From an uncultured Chloroflexia bacterium (GTDB lineage: Bacteria > Chloroflexota > Limnocylindria > Limnocylindrales > CSP1-4), in contig OY970218.1 in assembly GCA_963713975.1 (NCBI GenBank), positions 64,001 through 128,000 of the forward strand: a stretch of 64,000 nucleotides of DNA. Direction: 5' to 3'. Below are positions 28,631-38,213 of this stretch, one piece after another. A program made the translations under genes and the position numbers. The notes under the pieces are model-generated. The model saw nothing but the letters and a program-made list of their open reading frames with translations. It was not told the DNA's origin and searched no databases. How positions within the stretch are numbered: the stretch's first letter is position 1; every line of letters begins with the position of its first letter.

Positions 28631-29599
28631 ATGGACCTCGAGCTGATCGCCGCTGCCGGGATCGCGGTGGGCACGATCCTCCTGTTCGCGGCCGTGGGCG
28701 AGATCCTCGCGGAGCGGGCCGGGGTCATCAACCTTGGCGTCGAGGGCATGATGCTCATCGGCGCCGTCGTCGGCTACGCGACGGCCGTGTCGACCGGCAA
28801 CCCATGGCTGGGCGTCGCATCCGCGATGCTAGCGGGCGGGCTCCTCAGCCTCCTGCACGCGATCGTCACGATCACCTTCCGCGCCGACCAGGTCGTCTCC
28901 GGGCTCGCGCTCACGTTCCTCGGCACCGGACTCGCGCGCGTGCTCGGCGAGGGGCTCAGCAAGGCGGGGGCGATCGGGCTCCTGCCCCGGTTCTCGATCC
29001 CGCTGCTCTCGGAGATCCCCGTGCTCGGCCGGATCGCCTTCACCGAGCAGAGCATCCTGGTCTATGTCGGCTACCTGCTGGTGCCGGCGACCTGGTACTG
29101 GATCAACCGGACGCGGCCGGGCCTCCACCTGCGGTCGGTCGGAGAGGAGCCCGCCGCCGCCGATGCGCTGGGTGTGAACGTGTACCTGACCCGCTATCGG
29201 TACGTGTTCGCAGGGGGGCTGCTGGCGGGCCTGGCGGGAGCGACGATCACGCTCGCGGTCCAGCCGGGGTGGTTCGGCGCCCTCACGGTGAATGGGCGCG
29301 GGTGGATCGCCGTCGGGCTGGTCATCTTCGCCCAGTGGTCGCCGTTCCGGGCGGCAGCTGGCGCGTACCTGTTCGGCGCGGTGGTCCAGCTCACCCTGGC
29401 GATGCAGCTACCGCCAACGTTCCTCGGGCTGCCGAACCCGTTCTACTCGTACCACCCGAACACGTTCTTCCTGGAGATGCTCCCCTATGCGCTGGTGCTG
29501 GTCGCGCTCGTCCTCGGATCGCGCGATGCGATGCGCAAGCGCATCGGGGCGCCGGCGGCACTGGGCGTCCCGTACGTGCGAGGCGAGCGGGGCCGGTAG
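28631..29599 (+). CDS. ABC transporter permease
   Basis: ERAGVINLGVEGMM, GRGWIAV, APAALG.PY. Confidence 0.92.
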   Translation: MDLELIAAAGIAVGTILLFAAVGEILAERAGVINLGVEGMMLIGAVVGYATAVSTGNPWLGVASAMLAGGLLSLLHAIVTITFRADQVVSGLALTFLGTGLARVLGEGLSKAGAIGLLPRFSIPLLSEIPVLGRIAFTEQSILVYVGYLLVPATWYWINRTRPGLHLRSVGEEPAAADALGVNVYLTRYRYVFAGGLLAGLAGATITLAVQPGWFGALTVNGRGWIAVGLVIFAQWSPFRAAAGAYLFGAVVQLTLAMQLPPTFLGLPNPFYSYHPNTFFLEMLPYALVLVALVLGSRDAMRKRIGAPAALGVPYVRGERGR

Positions 29600-29632
29600 C
29601 CGGCGACATCTCGCGAGGCCAGTGGTCTGCCG

Positions 29633-30064
29633 CTACTCCTCGGGACCGTCCATGCCCGTGAGCTCCATCTGGACGAAGCCGCCCATGGCGAGCTCGAGCT
29701 GGCGGGGCGCCGACGGCCCATCGTCGTCGCCAGCGCTGCGGGGCACGAACTCGATCACCACCCGCTCGTCGCCCTGGACCAGGGTGTAGACGAGGAGCTG
29801 GTCGGGACGGGTCTCGAACTCCAGGTGCTCGAACGAATCCACGTTGATCGTGATGGCGATCGGCGTGAAGTACGTCGACACGTCGGGCTCGTCCGCGACG
29901 ACGCGCTCCACCCAGCCGGTCCCGCTCGCGACCATGTCGCGTCCCCGGAAGAACCGGTACGCGACCGTCTGCTTGATGATCGGCCGGAGGACGTTCTGGA
30001 CATCCGTCCGAGTGGTCACGAGTCCCTGGTTGACGAAGAACTTCGCGGGCGGTTCGCTCGCCAC
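29633..30064 (-). CDS. Hypothetical protein with C-terminal QLEL/QMEL motifs
   Basis: Protein-like composition, GGAGG RBS before GTG, TAGGAT -10-like box upstream. Confidence 0.75.
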   Translation of the reverse strand: MASEPPAKFFVNQGLVTTRTDVQNVLRPIIKQTVAYRFFRGRDMVASGTGWVERVVADEPDVSTYFTPIAITINVDSFEHLEFETRPDQLLVYTLVQGDERVVIEFVPRSAGDDDGPSAPRQLELAMGGFVQMELTGMDGPEE

Positions 30065-30374
30065 GGTAGGCCTCCAACCTCGTTCCTGAGGGGGCGAATC
30101 CTAGCCCACCGAGCCGGTTGCGGGTTGGTGGCGAACGCATGGGTCGGGACCCCGCCCGGGTCCAGCCGCGGGTTGCGCGTGCGGTTGCGCGTGCGTCCCA
30201 CGCACGCTCTCGGGTCCCGTCGGTCGTCGGGGCGCGCTGCGCGCACCGGCGGGACAGGGTGCATGCCCGTTGCAGCACCTGCGAGGTGGTCAGCATGCGC
30301 GACAGGCACATCCTGAGGTCTTGGTGCGGGAAGCAGAGCGGCTCGTCGGGCCGCTGCGCACGTATGATCCCTGC

Positions 30375-31184
30375 ATGCTGCTCGCGATCGACATCGGCAA
30401 CACGAACCTGACCCTCGGCCTCGTCGACGGCGGGGCGATCGTGGCAACCCGTCGCGCCGGGACCCACCGCGCGACGACCACCGACGAGATGGAGCTGCTC
30501 CTCGACGGCCTGCTGTCGCTCGATGGGCGGAGCCTGGAGGGAGTGGGCGGTGTCGTGCTCGCCTCCGTCGTCCCATCGCAGACGGGCATGGTGGAGGCCG
30601 TCACGAACCGGCGCGGCCTGCCGCTGGTGGTCGCGACCGCCGGCACGGTGCCGCTCGCGATCCGCGTCGACCGCCCGGGTCAGGTCGGACCAGACCGCAT
30701 CGTCAATGCCCTCGCCGCGCAGCGGCTGTACGGCACGCCCGCGGTGGTCGTGGACATGGGCACGGCGACCACGCTGGACTGCGTGGGCAGCGACGGGGCG
30801 TTCGTCGGCGGTGCCATCGCCCCCGGCCTCCAACTCGGCCTGGACGCCCTCGCGAGCCACACGGCCCGGCTGCCGCGGATCGAGCTCCGGAGCCCGGACC
30901 GGGCGATCGGGCGTGACACCGTGGGCGCCATGCAGAGCGGGACGGTGTTCGGCTACCAGGCCCTGGTCGCGGGGCTCCTCGCGAGGATCCGGCGCGAGCT
31001 CGCCGACCAGTCCGACACGACCCCGGACCGGGTCCACGCGATCCTCACCGGGGGCCTGTCCGCGGAGCCGTGGGCACGGGACGTGGACGGCGTGACGGCC
31101 ATCGACCCGGAGCTTACGCTCAAGGGCCTGGCGATCCTGTACGCGGAGGTCGCGGGAGGCGAGCCATTGGACGGCACCCGGTGA
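30375..31184 (+). CDS. coaX: Type III pantothenate kinase
   Basis: LLAIDIGNT, ASVVP, VGPDR, VDMGTATT, GGAIAPG, LTGG. Confidence 0.95.
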   Translation: MLLAIDIGNTNLTLGLVDGGAIVATRRAGTHRATTTDEMELLLDGLLSLDGRSLEGVGGVVLASVVPSQTGMVEAVTNRRGLPLVVATAGTVPLAIRVDRPGQVGPDRIVNALAAQRLYGTPAVVVDMGTATTLDCVGSDGAFVGGAIAPGLQLGLDALASHTARLPRIELRSPDRAIGRDTVGAMQSGTVFGYQALVAGLLARIRRELADQSDTTPDRVHAILTGGLSAEPWARDVDGVTAIDPELTLKGLAILYAEVAGGEPLDGTR

Positions 31185-32503
31185 GCGGCCGCCTCGAGGG
31201 GCGCCTGGTCGGGCTGGGCGTCTGCGGGTCCATCGCCGCCTACAAGGCCGTGGAGCTGCTCCGCCTGCTGCGCGCCGAGGGTGCGGACGTGGTGGTCATG
31301 CTGACCCCGGCAGCAGCCGTCTTCGTCGGGCCGCTGACGTTCGGGGCGCTCTCCCGCCACCCGGTCGAGACGGACGTTCTGGGGCTCCTCCCGGACCAGC
31401 GGATCGGCCACATCGTGGTCGCCGACAGCGCCGATGCGATCGTCGTCGCCCCGGCAACCGCCCGCTGGCTGGGCGCCATGGCCAACGGGATCGCCAGCGA
31501 CAGCATCACGGCCGCCTGCCTGGCGACCACGGCCCCCGTGGTTATCGCGCCGGCGATGGACGGCGACATGTGGTCGCACCGCGCGACGCGCGACAACGTG
31601 GACCGGCTCCAGCGCGACTTCGGCTACCGCCTGGTACCGCCGGAGATCGGGTCCCTGGCGTCCGGCCAGTCCGGGATCGGACGCCTGGCGGACCTGCCAC
31701 TCATCGTGGACGCCGTCGTCGACGCCGTGGAGGGCCGACCGGTCCGCGAGCCGGACCCGGCGGGGCGCCCGCCGCTGGTGCCGCCACCCGCCGTGCGCGA
31801 CCTCGAGGACCGCCACCTGGTGGTGACCGCGGGGGGGACGGCCGAGGCCATCGATCCCGTCCGGTTCATCGGCAACCGGAGCACCGGCCGCATGGGCGTC
31901 GCCATCGCGGAGGCCGCCCTGGCACGCGGCGCGCGCGTCACGATCGTCGCAGGGCGCTTGGAGGTGCCGCTCCCCGACGGGGCGAGCGTCGTCCGCGCCG
32001 AGTCCACGACCGAGATGCGGGCCGCCGTCATCGACGCCGTCATCGATCACCCCGCGGACGTCCTGGTCATGGCCGCCGCGGTCGCGGACTTCCGCCCCCG
32101 GCAGGCCGCTGCCACCAAGCTCACCCGCGAGCAGGGGCTGGTCCTCGATCTCGAGCCCACCGAGGACATCCTCGCCGAGGTGGGGGTCCGCGCCCGGGAC
32201 CTCGTGCCGCGCCCGGTGATCGTGGGCTTCGCCGCCGAGACCGGCTCGCTCGACCGCGCACCGGACAAGCTGCGCCGCAAGGGCGCCGACCTCCTCGTCG
32301 CCAATGACGTCGCCGAGCCGGGCTCCGGGTTCGGCACCGAGACCAACCGCGTATCGATCCTCGCCGCCGACGGACCTCGAGAGGACCTGCCGCTGCTCTC
32401 GAAGCGGGATGTCGCCGACCGGCTGCTTGACCGGGTGGCGGCCGCGTTGGACGAACGAGACACCCCGGCGCACACTGGCCCGACCATGGAGACCACCCGA
32501 TGA
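31181..32503 (+). CDS. coaBC: Bifunctional phosphopantothenoylcysteine decarboxylase/synthetase
   Basis: GSIAAYKA, VAPATA, TAGGT.E.IDPVRFIGNRSTGRMG, AAAVADF, GFAAET, VANDV. Confidence 0.95.
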   Translation: MSGRLEGRLVGLGVCGSIAAYKAVELLRLLRAEGADVVVMLTPAAAVFVGPLTFGALSRHPVETDVLGLLPDQRIGHIVVADSADAIVVAPATARWLGAMANGIASDSITAACLATTAPVVIAPAMDGDMWSHRATRDNVDRLQRDFGYRLVPPEIGSLASGQSGIGRLADLPLIVDAVVDAVEGRPVREPDPAGRPPLVPPPAVRDLEDRHLVVTAGGTAEAIDPVRFIGNRSTGRMGVAIAEAALARGARVTIVAGRLEVPLPDGASVVRAESTTEMRAAVIDAVIDHPADVLVMAAAVADFRPRQAAATKLTREQGLVLDLEPTEDILAEVGVRARDLVPRPVIVGFAAETGSLDRAPDKLRRKGADLLVANDVAEPGSGFGTETNRVSILAADGPREDLPLLSKRDVADRLLDRVAAALDERDTPAHTGPTMETTR

Positions 32504-33423
32504 GCGCCCAGCCCGAGACCGTCCGCCGCCTGTCGGTCGTCGACATCGCCAAGCTCTACGCCGACGGCACGCGGATCGCGACGATCACCGCCTACGACTT
32601 CCCGACCGCCGTGCTGGTCGACGAGGCGGGCATCCCGCTGATCCTCGTCGGCGACTCGCTGGCCCAGGTGATGCTGGGCTACGACACGACCGTCCGGGTG
32701 ACGATGGACGAGATGCTCCATCACACCAAGGCCGTGGTCCGGGGCACGAAGCGGGCGCTCATTGTCGCCGACATGCCGTTCCTGTCCTACTCCACGGCCG
32801 ACGACGCCGTGGCCAACGCCGGACGATTCCTTCGCGAGGGCGGCGTCCAGGCGGTCAAGGTCGAGGGTGGCGTGCGCAGCGCCAGGACGATCGAGGCGCT
32901 GGTCCGCGCCGGCATCCCCGTCATGGGCCACATCGGGCTGACACCACAGGCGATCAACGCGATCGGCCGGGTCCGCGTCCAGGGCAAGAGCCGCGAGCAG
33001 GCACGCTCGCTGCTCGCCGACGCGCTGGCCGTCCAGGAGGCCGGGGCGTTCGCCATCGTCCTCGAGCTCGTGCCGGCCCAGCTGGCCCAGGCCATCACGG
33101 AGCGGCTGCACATCCCGACCATCGGGATCGGGGCCGGCAACGGGTGCTCCGGGCAGATCCAGGTGATCACCGACACGCTGGGCTTCGGCGACTGGACCCC
33201 GAAGCACGCGCGCAGGTACGCGGACCTCCGGACCACGATCCTGGATGCCGTCCGCGGCTACCGGGCAGACGTCGAGGCCGGGGCATTCCCGGGTCCCGAC
33301 GAGACCGTGCTGATGGATCCGGGCGTGCTGGACGAGGTCCTCGGCCGTTCGGCCGCCGATCGCGCGGAGGGTCGTGGCGAGGGCATGGACCTCGCCGGCA
33401 TCCCGCTCGACCGGGACCTCTAG
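32500..33423 (+). CDS. panB: 3-methyl-2-oxobutanoate hydroxymethyltransferase
   Basis: TAYD, LVGDSL, ADMPF, VKVEGG, GHIGLTPQ, IGIGAG. Confidence 0.96.
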   Translation: MSAQPETVRRLSVVDIAKLYADGTRIATITAYDFPTAVLVDEAGIPLILVGDSLAQVMLGYDTTVRVTMDEMLHHTKAVVRGTKRALIVADMPFLSYSTADDAVANAGRFLREGGVQAVKVEGGVRSARTIEALVRAGIPVMGHIGLTPQAINAIGRVRVQGKSREQARSLLADALAVQEAGAFAIVLELVPAQLAQAITERLHIPTIGIGAGNGCSGQIQVITDTLGFGDWTPKHARRYADLRTTILDAVRGYRADVEAGAFPGPDETVLMDPGVLDEVLGRSAADRAEGRGEGMDLAGIPLDRDL

Positions 33424-33451
33424 CCGCACGCCCCGGCCCGTCCACAGCTCG

Positions 33452-34288
33452 ATGCAGGTCGTCCGCACCCGGGCCGCGCTCCGCGCCGCGCTGGCCGCCG
33501 CCCCGCGACCGGTGGGCTTCGTGCCGACGATGGGCTGGCTGCACACGGGGCACGTCTCGCTCGTGGAACGTGCGCGTACCGAGAACGCGACCGTGGTCGT
33601 GTCGATCTTCGTCAATCCGCGCCAGTTCGGCGAGGCGCAGGACTTCGCTCGCTATCCACGCAACGAGGCCCGCGACCTCTCGGTGTGCGAGACCTCCGGC
33701 GTCGATGTCGTGTTCGCCCCGGACGTGGAAGAGGTCTACGTGCCCGGGTTCGACACGCTCGTCGTGACGGGCGCGATCGCCGGTCCCCTCGAGGGCGCCG
33801 CGCGACCCGGCCACTTCGACGGCGTGGCCACCGTGGTCGCGATCCTGTTCTCGCTGGTCGGCGCGGAGCGCGCCTACTTCGGCATGAAGGACTACCAGCA
33901 GGTGCAGGTGATCCGGCGGACGGCCCTGGACCTCGCCCTGCCCACCGATGTGGTTCCGTGCGAGACAGTCCGTGAGCCGGACGGGCTGGCGATGTCGTCC
34001 CGCAACGCGCGGCTCACGCCGGCCGGACGCGCGGCCGCGCCCGTGCTGCACCGCGCGCTCCTCGCCGGTGCCGACCGCATCCGGTCCGGGGTCCGGGAGG
34101 CGGCCTCGGTCCGCGGCGCGATGCTGGCGGTCCTGGGCGCCGAGCCCGCGGCGACCGTCGACTACGTCTCGGTCTCAGATCCCGACACGCTGCGGGAGCT
34201 GGACGCGGTCGTGGACGGCCGGGCGCTGCTCTCGCTGGCCGCCAGGATCGATGACGTCCGCCTGATCGACAACGAGCAGATCGGCTAG
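33452..34288 (+). CDS. panC: Pantoate--beta-alanine ligase
   Basis: FVPTMG.LHTGH, SIFVNPRQF, RPGHFDGV, KDYQQ, GLAMSSRN, RLIDN. Confidence 0.96.
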   Translation: MQVVRTRAALRAALAAAPRPVGFVPTMGWLHTGHVSLVERARTENATVVVSIFVNPRQFGEAQDFARYPRNEARDLSVCETSGVDVVFAPDVEEVYVPGFDTLVVTGAIAGPLEGAARPGHFDGVATVVAILFSLVGAERAYFGMKDYQQVQVIRRTALDLALPTDVVPCETVREPDGLAMSSRNARLTPAGRAAAPVLHRALLAGADRIRSGVREAASVRGAMLAVLGAEPAATVDYVSVSDPDTLRELDAVVDGRALLSLAARIDDVRLIDNEQIG

Positions 34289-34309
34289 GGCGGCGGCCGG
34301 GCGGCCGGC

Positions 34310-34329
34310 CGGCTACGCCTCCGCGGTGG
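34310..34329 (+). repeat. 20-bp direct repeat, left copy
   Basis: CGGCTACGCCTCCGCGGTGG, identical to 35757-35776. Confidence 0.85.
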
Positions 34330-34452
34330 TGCCCCCACAGATTCGGCACGACGTCCGGCCCTGTCGCGGCACGGTGCGAGCCGTTACGCTCGCGACCGTC
34401 GCCAAGGGCGTAGCGTGACCTCGCCAGCCCTTAGGCGCTCATCGGGCGGCAC

Positions 34453-35688
34453 GTGGTGACGCCAGGTCGAACCGGGACCAACGCACTCCCCAGGTGGCCA
34501 CGCAGCGTGGTCGTCCTCGTGATGGCGCTGGCGGCCTGCAACGCCAGCCCGGCGATCTCGCCCAGCAGTGCCACGCCGCCCATGGTGGCGGCACCGGACG
34601 TGGCGCCTCTGACGCCTCTCAGGACCACGACCGCGACTCCGGTCGCGACACCCCGGAGGCTCACGGCGCCCCCCTCGGCGACAGACGCACCCGGGGCGTA
34701 TCCGCTGGCCCAACCGGGTCTGTACGGCGTGGGCATGCGCTGGCTCCCCACGCTCACCGACCCGGCCCGTGGTGATCGCCCGGTCACGATCCGCGCCTGG
34801 TATCCCACCGCTCCGGGGCCGGCGCCTGCCGGCACGCCCGGGTTCGTGCTGGATGCGCGACCCGACCCGAGCGGCGGACCTTACCCCGTCATCCTGTCGT
34901 CGTCGAAGGTCGCGGAGATCTTCGCCCCATACCTGGTCAGCCATGGCTTCACCTGGATCAGCGTCGACGGGCTCGACGCCTATCCCAGGATGAGCCTTGA
35001 GATGATCGACCAGCCGCTCGACATCCTGTTCGCGCTGGACGGCGTCGCGTCCGATCCGCCCGACGGCCTCGAGGGCATGCTCGACACCGGGCATGCCGGC
35101 GTCATCGGCTACTCCTTCGACGGATACAACGCGCTGGCGATGAGCGGGGCTCGGATCGACCCCGCGTACTACCTGGCCAACTGCCCCACCCCGGACGCGA
35201 CTACGGCGCCGTTCGTGGGCTGGCTGAGCGCCTTCGACTGCGCCCCGGCCCTCGAATGGGAGACGTACGTCCAGCGCGCGGGAACCGACATCGCGCCCGG
35301 CAAGGACGGCCTGTGGCGACCGATGTCGGACGAACGGATACGCGCGGCGATGCCGATGGCCGCCGAGGGCTGGTGGCTGTTCGGCGAGCGCGGGCTCGCG
35401 GCGGCGGACCGGCCGGTCCTGATGCTGGCGGCCACGGGAGATTCCCTGTACGCAGAGAACGTGACGATCTACGACCACCTGAGAACGTCCGACAGGACGT
35501 TCATCTCGTTCCGGGGTCCGGATCACATGATGGTCTACGACCGGCAGATGGTGGAACGCATGGCGCACTTCGCGACCGCCTTCTTCGGCCACCGCCTCGC
35601 AGGCCGAGCGGAGCTGGCGCGCCTCTACTCCCAGGACTTCGTGGCCGGGCACGATGACCTGGCCTGGGGGACCGTCCCGCCCGGTTGA
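34453..35688 (+). CDS. Alpha/beta-hydrolase lipoprotein (dienelactone hydrolase/PAF-AH-like)
   Basis: Lipobox LAAC, Pro/Thr linker, WYP, GVIGYSFDG nucleophile-elbow variant, late His (PDHM); start uncertain. Confidence 0.75.
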   Translation: MVTPGRTGTNALPRWPRSVVVLVMALAACNASPAISPSSATPPMVAAPDVAPLTPLRTTTATPVATPRRLTAPPSATDAPGAYPLAQPGLYGVGMRWLPTLTDPARGDRPVTIRAWYPTAPGPAPAGTPGFVLDARPDPSGGPYPVILSSSKVAEIFAPYLVSHGFTWISVDGLDAYPRMSLEMIDQPLDILFALDGVASDPPDGLEGMLDTGHAGVIGYSFDGYNALAMSGARIDPAYYLANCPTPDATTAPFVGWLSAFDCAPALEWETYVQRAGTDIAPGKDGLWRPMSDERIRAAMPMAAEGWWLFGERGLAAADRPVLMLAATGDSLYAENVTIYDHLRTSDRTFISFRGPDHMMVYDRQMVERMAHFATAFFGHRLAGRAELARLYSQDFVAGHDDLAWGTVPPG

Positions 35689-35756
35689 CCTTCGGCCGAC
35701 GCCGGTGAGCGATCAATGCTGGACGGGTCTGGCACCGCCCGCGCGGCCGCGCAACG

Positions 35757-35776
35757 CGGCTACGCCTCCGCGGTGG
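35757..35776 (+). repeat. 20-bp direct repeat, right copy (3' end and stop of the MFS gene)
   Basis: CGGCTACGCCTCCGCGGTGG. Confidence 0.85.
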
Positions 35777-36920
35777 CAGTCGTCGGCACCACGGGCCGAC
35801 GCGCGATCGCCAGCCAGACCATCGCGGCCCCAGCCGCCGCGATCACCCCGCCAACCGGGTACACCGCCCACAGGCCGCCGATTGCGGCCACCTGTCCAGC
35901 CATGATCGCCCCGGCAATGGTCCCGACAGCGAACGCCGTGCTGCCGAACAGGGCCTGGGCCGTCGCCTGCAGGCGCCCGGGAATGCGGGCCGCCACGTAG
36001 CTCGCCGTCCCTACCATCGCCAGCGCATATCCGCTGCCTCCCAGGGAGGTGAACGCGATGAACGTCAGCGGGTCGTCCGCGACCGTCCAGAACACCGCCC
36101 GGACGACGAACAGCAGCGCGCCGATCACGATCAGCCGCTCCACCCCGATCCGGCCCGCGAACCGCGCGAACAGGATCATCATCGGCACCTCGAACAGCGC
36201 CGACGTCGCCCAGCCGATGCCCACCAGCCGCAAGTCCCCGCCCAGTTCCACGATCCGCAGCGAGAACAGCGTCATGGAGCCCACCCCGGCCGTCCACATG
36301 ACACACGACCCGGCGAAGAAGAGCGCGAGACCCGGCAGGCGGAGGAGGCCCGTCGCTGCTCCCGGGCCCACGCCACCCACCCTTGGGACCCCGCGCGGCC
36401 GGCCGAGCAGCGCCATCGCCGCGATCCCGGCGCCGGCCATCGCCACCGCGTACACCACGAACAGCATCTGGAGGTCGCTCGCGGCGATCAGGATCCCGGT
36501 CCCGATCGTCCCGACCATAAACGAGATGGATCCTGCGACGCGCGCCTGACCGAAGCGCTCCCGCTGCGGCCACAGACGCTGGATCGTCCGGGCGTCGATG
36601 AGCGGCGCCAGACCCGCTGTGCCAATTGAGAGCATCAGGACCGCCAGCGCCAGCCAGGGCATCCCGGGCGCTGTAGCCAGCCCGACCCCGGCCAGCGCGG
36701 CCCAGATCGCCGCCACCAGGTACGGGACGCGCATGTCGCCCAGCCGGTCTGCGACAAGACCCCACGCCGGGGAAGCGGGGATGGCGACGGCGGCGGGAAC
36801 CGCCGCCAGGACGCCGATGATGGCGATGTCGATGCCCAGGGCCTCGAAGTACACGGCCGCGTACGCCGTCCACGCCCCGATGGCGACGAACTGGAAGCCG
36901 TACACCACCCACGAGGGCAC
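35760..36920 (-). CDS. MFS transporter (MFS_1-like/nucleoside:H+ symporter-like)
   Basis: About 12 TM segments, WGLVADRLG, FGQARVAGS, FEVPMM, LQATAQ. Confidence 0.88.
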   Translation of the reverse strand: MPSWVVYGFQFVAIGAWTAYAAVYFEALGIDIAIIGVLAAVPAAVAIPASPAWGLVADRLGDMRVPYLVAAIWAALAGVGLATAPGMPWLALAVLMLSIGTAGLAPLIDARTIQRLWPQRERFGQARVAGSISFMVGTIGTGILIAASDLQMLFVVYAVAMAGAGIAAMALLGRPRGVPRVGGVGPGAATGLLRLPGLALFFAGSCVMWTAGVGSMTLFSLRIVELGGDLRLVGIGWATSALFEVPMMILFARFAGRIGVERLIVIGALLFVVRAVFWTVADDPLTFIAFTSLGGSGYALAMVGTASYVAARIPGRLQATAQALFGSTAFAVGTIAGAIMAGQVAAIGGLWAVYPVGGVIAAAGAAMVWLAIARRPVVPTTATAEA

Positions 36921-37024
36921 GATTGACTGTGGCCTGGTCTGGGCACCATGGATCGCGCCGGGCGCAGGGACGTCGCTGGCGGAGGCGGCGCCGGGGGCCA
37001 GATCAGCGGCGGGCTGCGTATCCG

Positions 37025-38197
37025 TCAGTCGAACCGCGCGGTGGTCGCGGCCTCCAGGAACCGATCCATCTCCAGGTGCTCCCAGACCAGGCTCTTGATC
37101 AACTCGATCTTGCCGGTGTCGGCGGCGTGGGTCTTGACGAGGAGATCGTGGACCTCCGAAGCCACCGTGTAGGTGTCCTCGTCCACGAGGGCGGCGAACA
37201 TGCCCGCGTGGCGAACGGCCGCGAGGACATCCGGCCGCAGCCCGTAGCCCCCGGTCAGCACGATTCCCAGGACCTTGCTCTCGGGGCCCGCACCGATCGC
37301 ACCGGGCGTCTCGCCCATGAGGGCCTCGAGGTGCTCGAGGGCGGCCGGCCGGGGCGGAGCGTCCGCGATGTGCGCCGCGGCCAGGGTGAGGATCACGTCC
37401 TCACGGTCGGCGGGGACGATGACCAGGGTGCCCGGCCCCACCCGGGCCAGCATGTGGTGCGGCTCCATCGCCCCGATTGCAACCCCTTCGATCACGCGGT
37501 CCAGGTCCGGTCCCTCGCAGATCACACGGCCCCGGACCCCCGCGAGGACCATACCCAGGGTGGGGCTCGAGAGGATGGGCCGGTAGGGCAGCACGCCGAG
37601 CAGCGGGATCCCGTGCAGCGCGAGACCGCGCTCCAGCGTCCGCTCGATGCCCGGCTGCTCGTCGGTGCGGACCTTGTTGACGATCGCCCCCGCCACGGGT
37701 ACGCCGTGGGCCTCGAAGTGCGAGGCGTTGAGGACGATCTCGTCGATGGGCCGGCCGACCCCGCCCTCGGAGACGATGACCACAGGAGCACGCAGCATCG
37801 ATGCGACGCGGGCGTTCGAGAGCCCCACCACGGCGCCGACCCCCGCGTGGCCCGTGCCCTCGATCAGCAGGATGTCGTGGCTCGCGAAGACCCGGTGCGC
37901 GGCGAGGATCCGTGCCCCCAGGTCCTCGACCACCTCGCCCCCGATGTACTTCTTGGTGAACCCACGCGGGAGGTGCACCGGGCTCATCGCGGAGAACGGT
38001 TCCGCCAGGTCGAAGACCGTCCGCATCAGGAACGCGTCCTCGTCGGTCGGCCGGCCGTCCACGACCACGGCCCGCTGGCCGACGGGCTTGGTGAAGCCGG
38101 TGTGGTATCCGCGCCGGCAGAACCCGTCGATCAGCCCCAGCGAGGTCGTGGTCTTGCCGCGGTTCTGGCCGGTCGCCGCGAGGAACAGGTGACGCAC
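37025..38197 (-). CDS. BioD-like P-loop plus DRTGG domain protein (stand-alone Pta N-terminal-like)
   Basis: ATGQNRGKTT, KPVG, LIEGTGH, IVNKV, DREDVI, VLTGG; no Pta catalytic domain. Confidence 0.85.
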   Translation of the reverse strand: MRHLFLAATGQNRGKTTTSLGLIDGFCRRGYHTGFTKPVGQRAVVVDGRPTDEDAFLMRTVFDLAEPFSAMSPVHLPRGFTKKYIGGEVVEDLGARILAAHRVFASHDILLIEGTGHAGVGAVVGLSNARVASMLRAPVVIVSEGGVGRPIDEIVLNASHFEAHGVPVAGAIVNKVRTDEQPGIERTLERGLALHGIPLLGVLPYRPILSSPTLGMVLAGVRGRVICEGPDLDRVIEGVAIGAMEPHHMLARVGPGTLVIVPADREDVILTLAAAHIADAPPRPAALEHLEALMGETPGAIGAGPESKVLGIVLTGGYGLRPDVLAAVRHAGMFAALVDEDTYTVASEVHDLLVKTHAADTGKIELIKSLVWEHLEMDRFLEAATTARFD

Positions 38198-38213
38198 GGC
38201 GGGGCCGGCCCCG

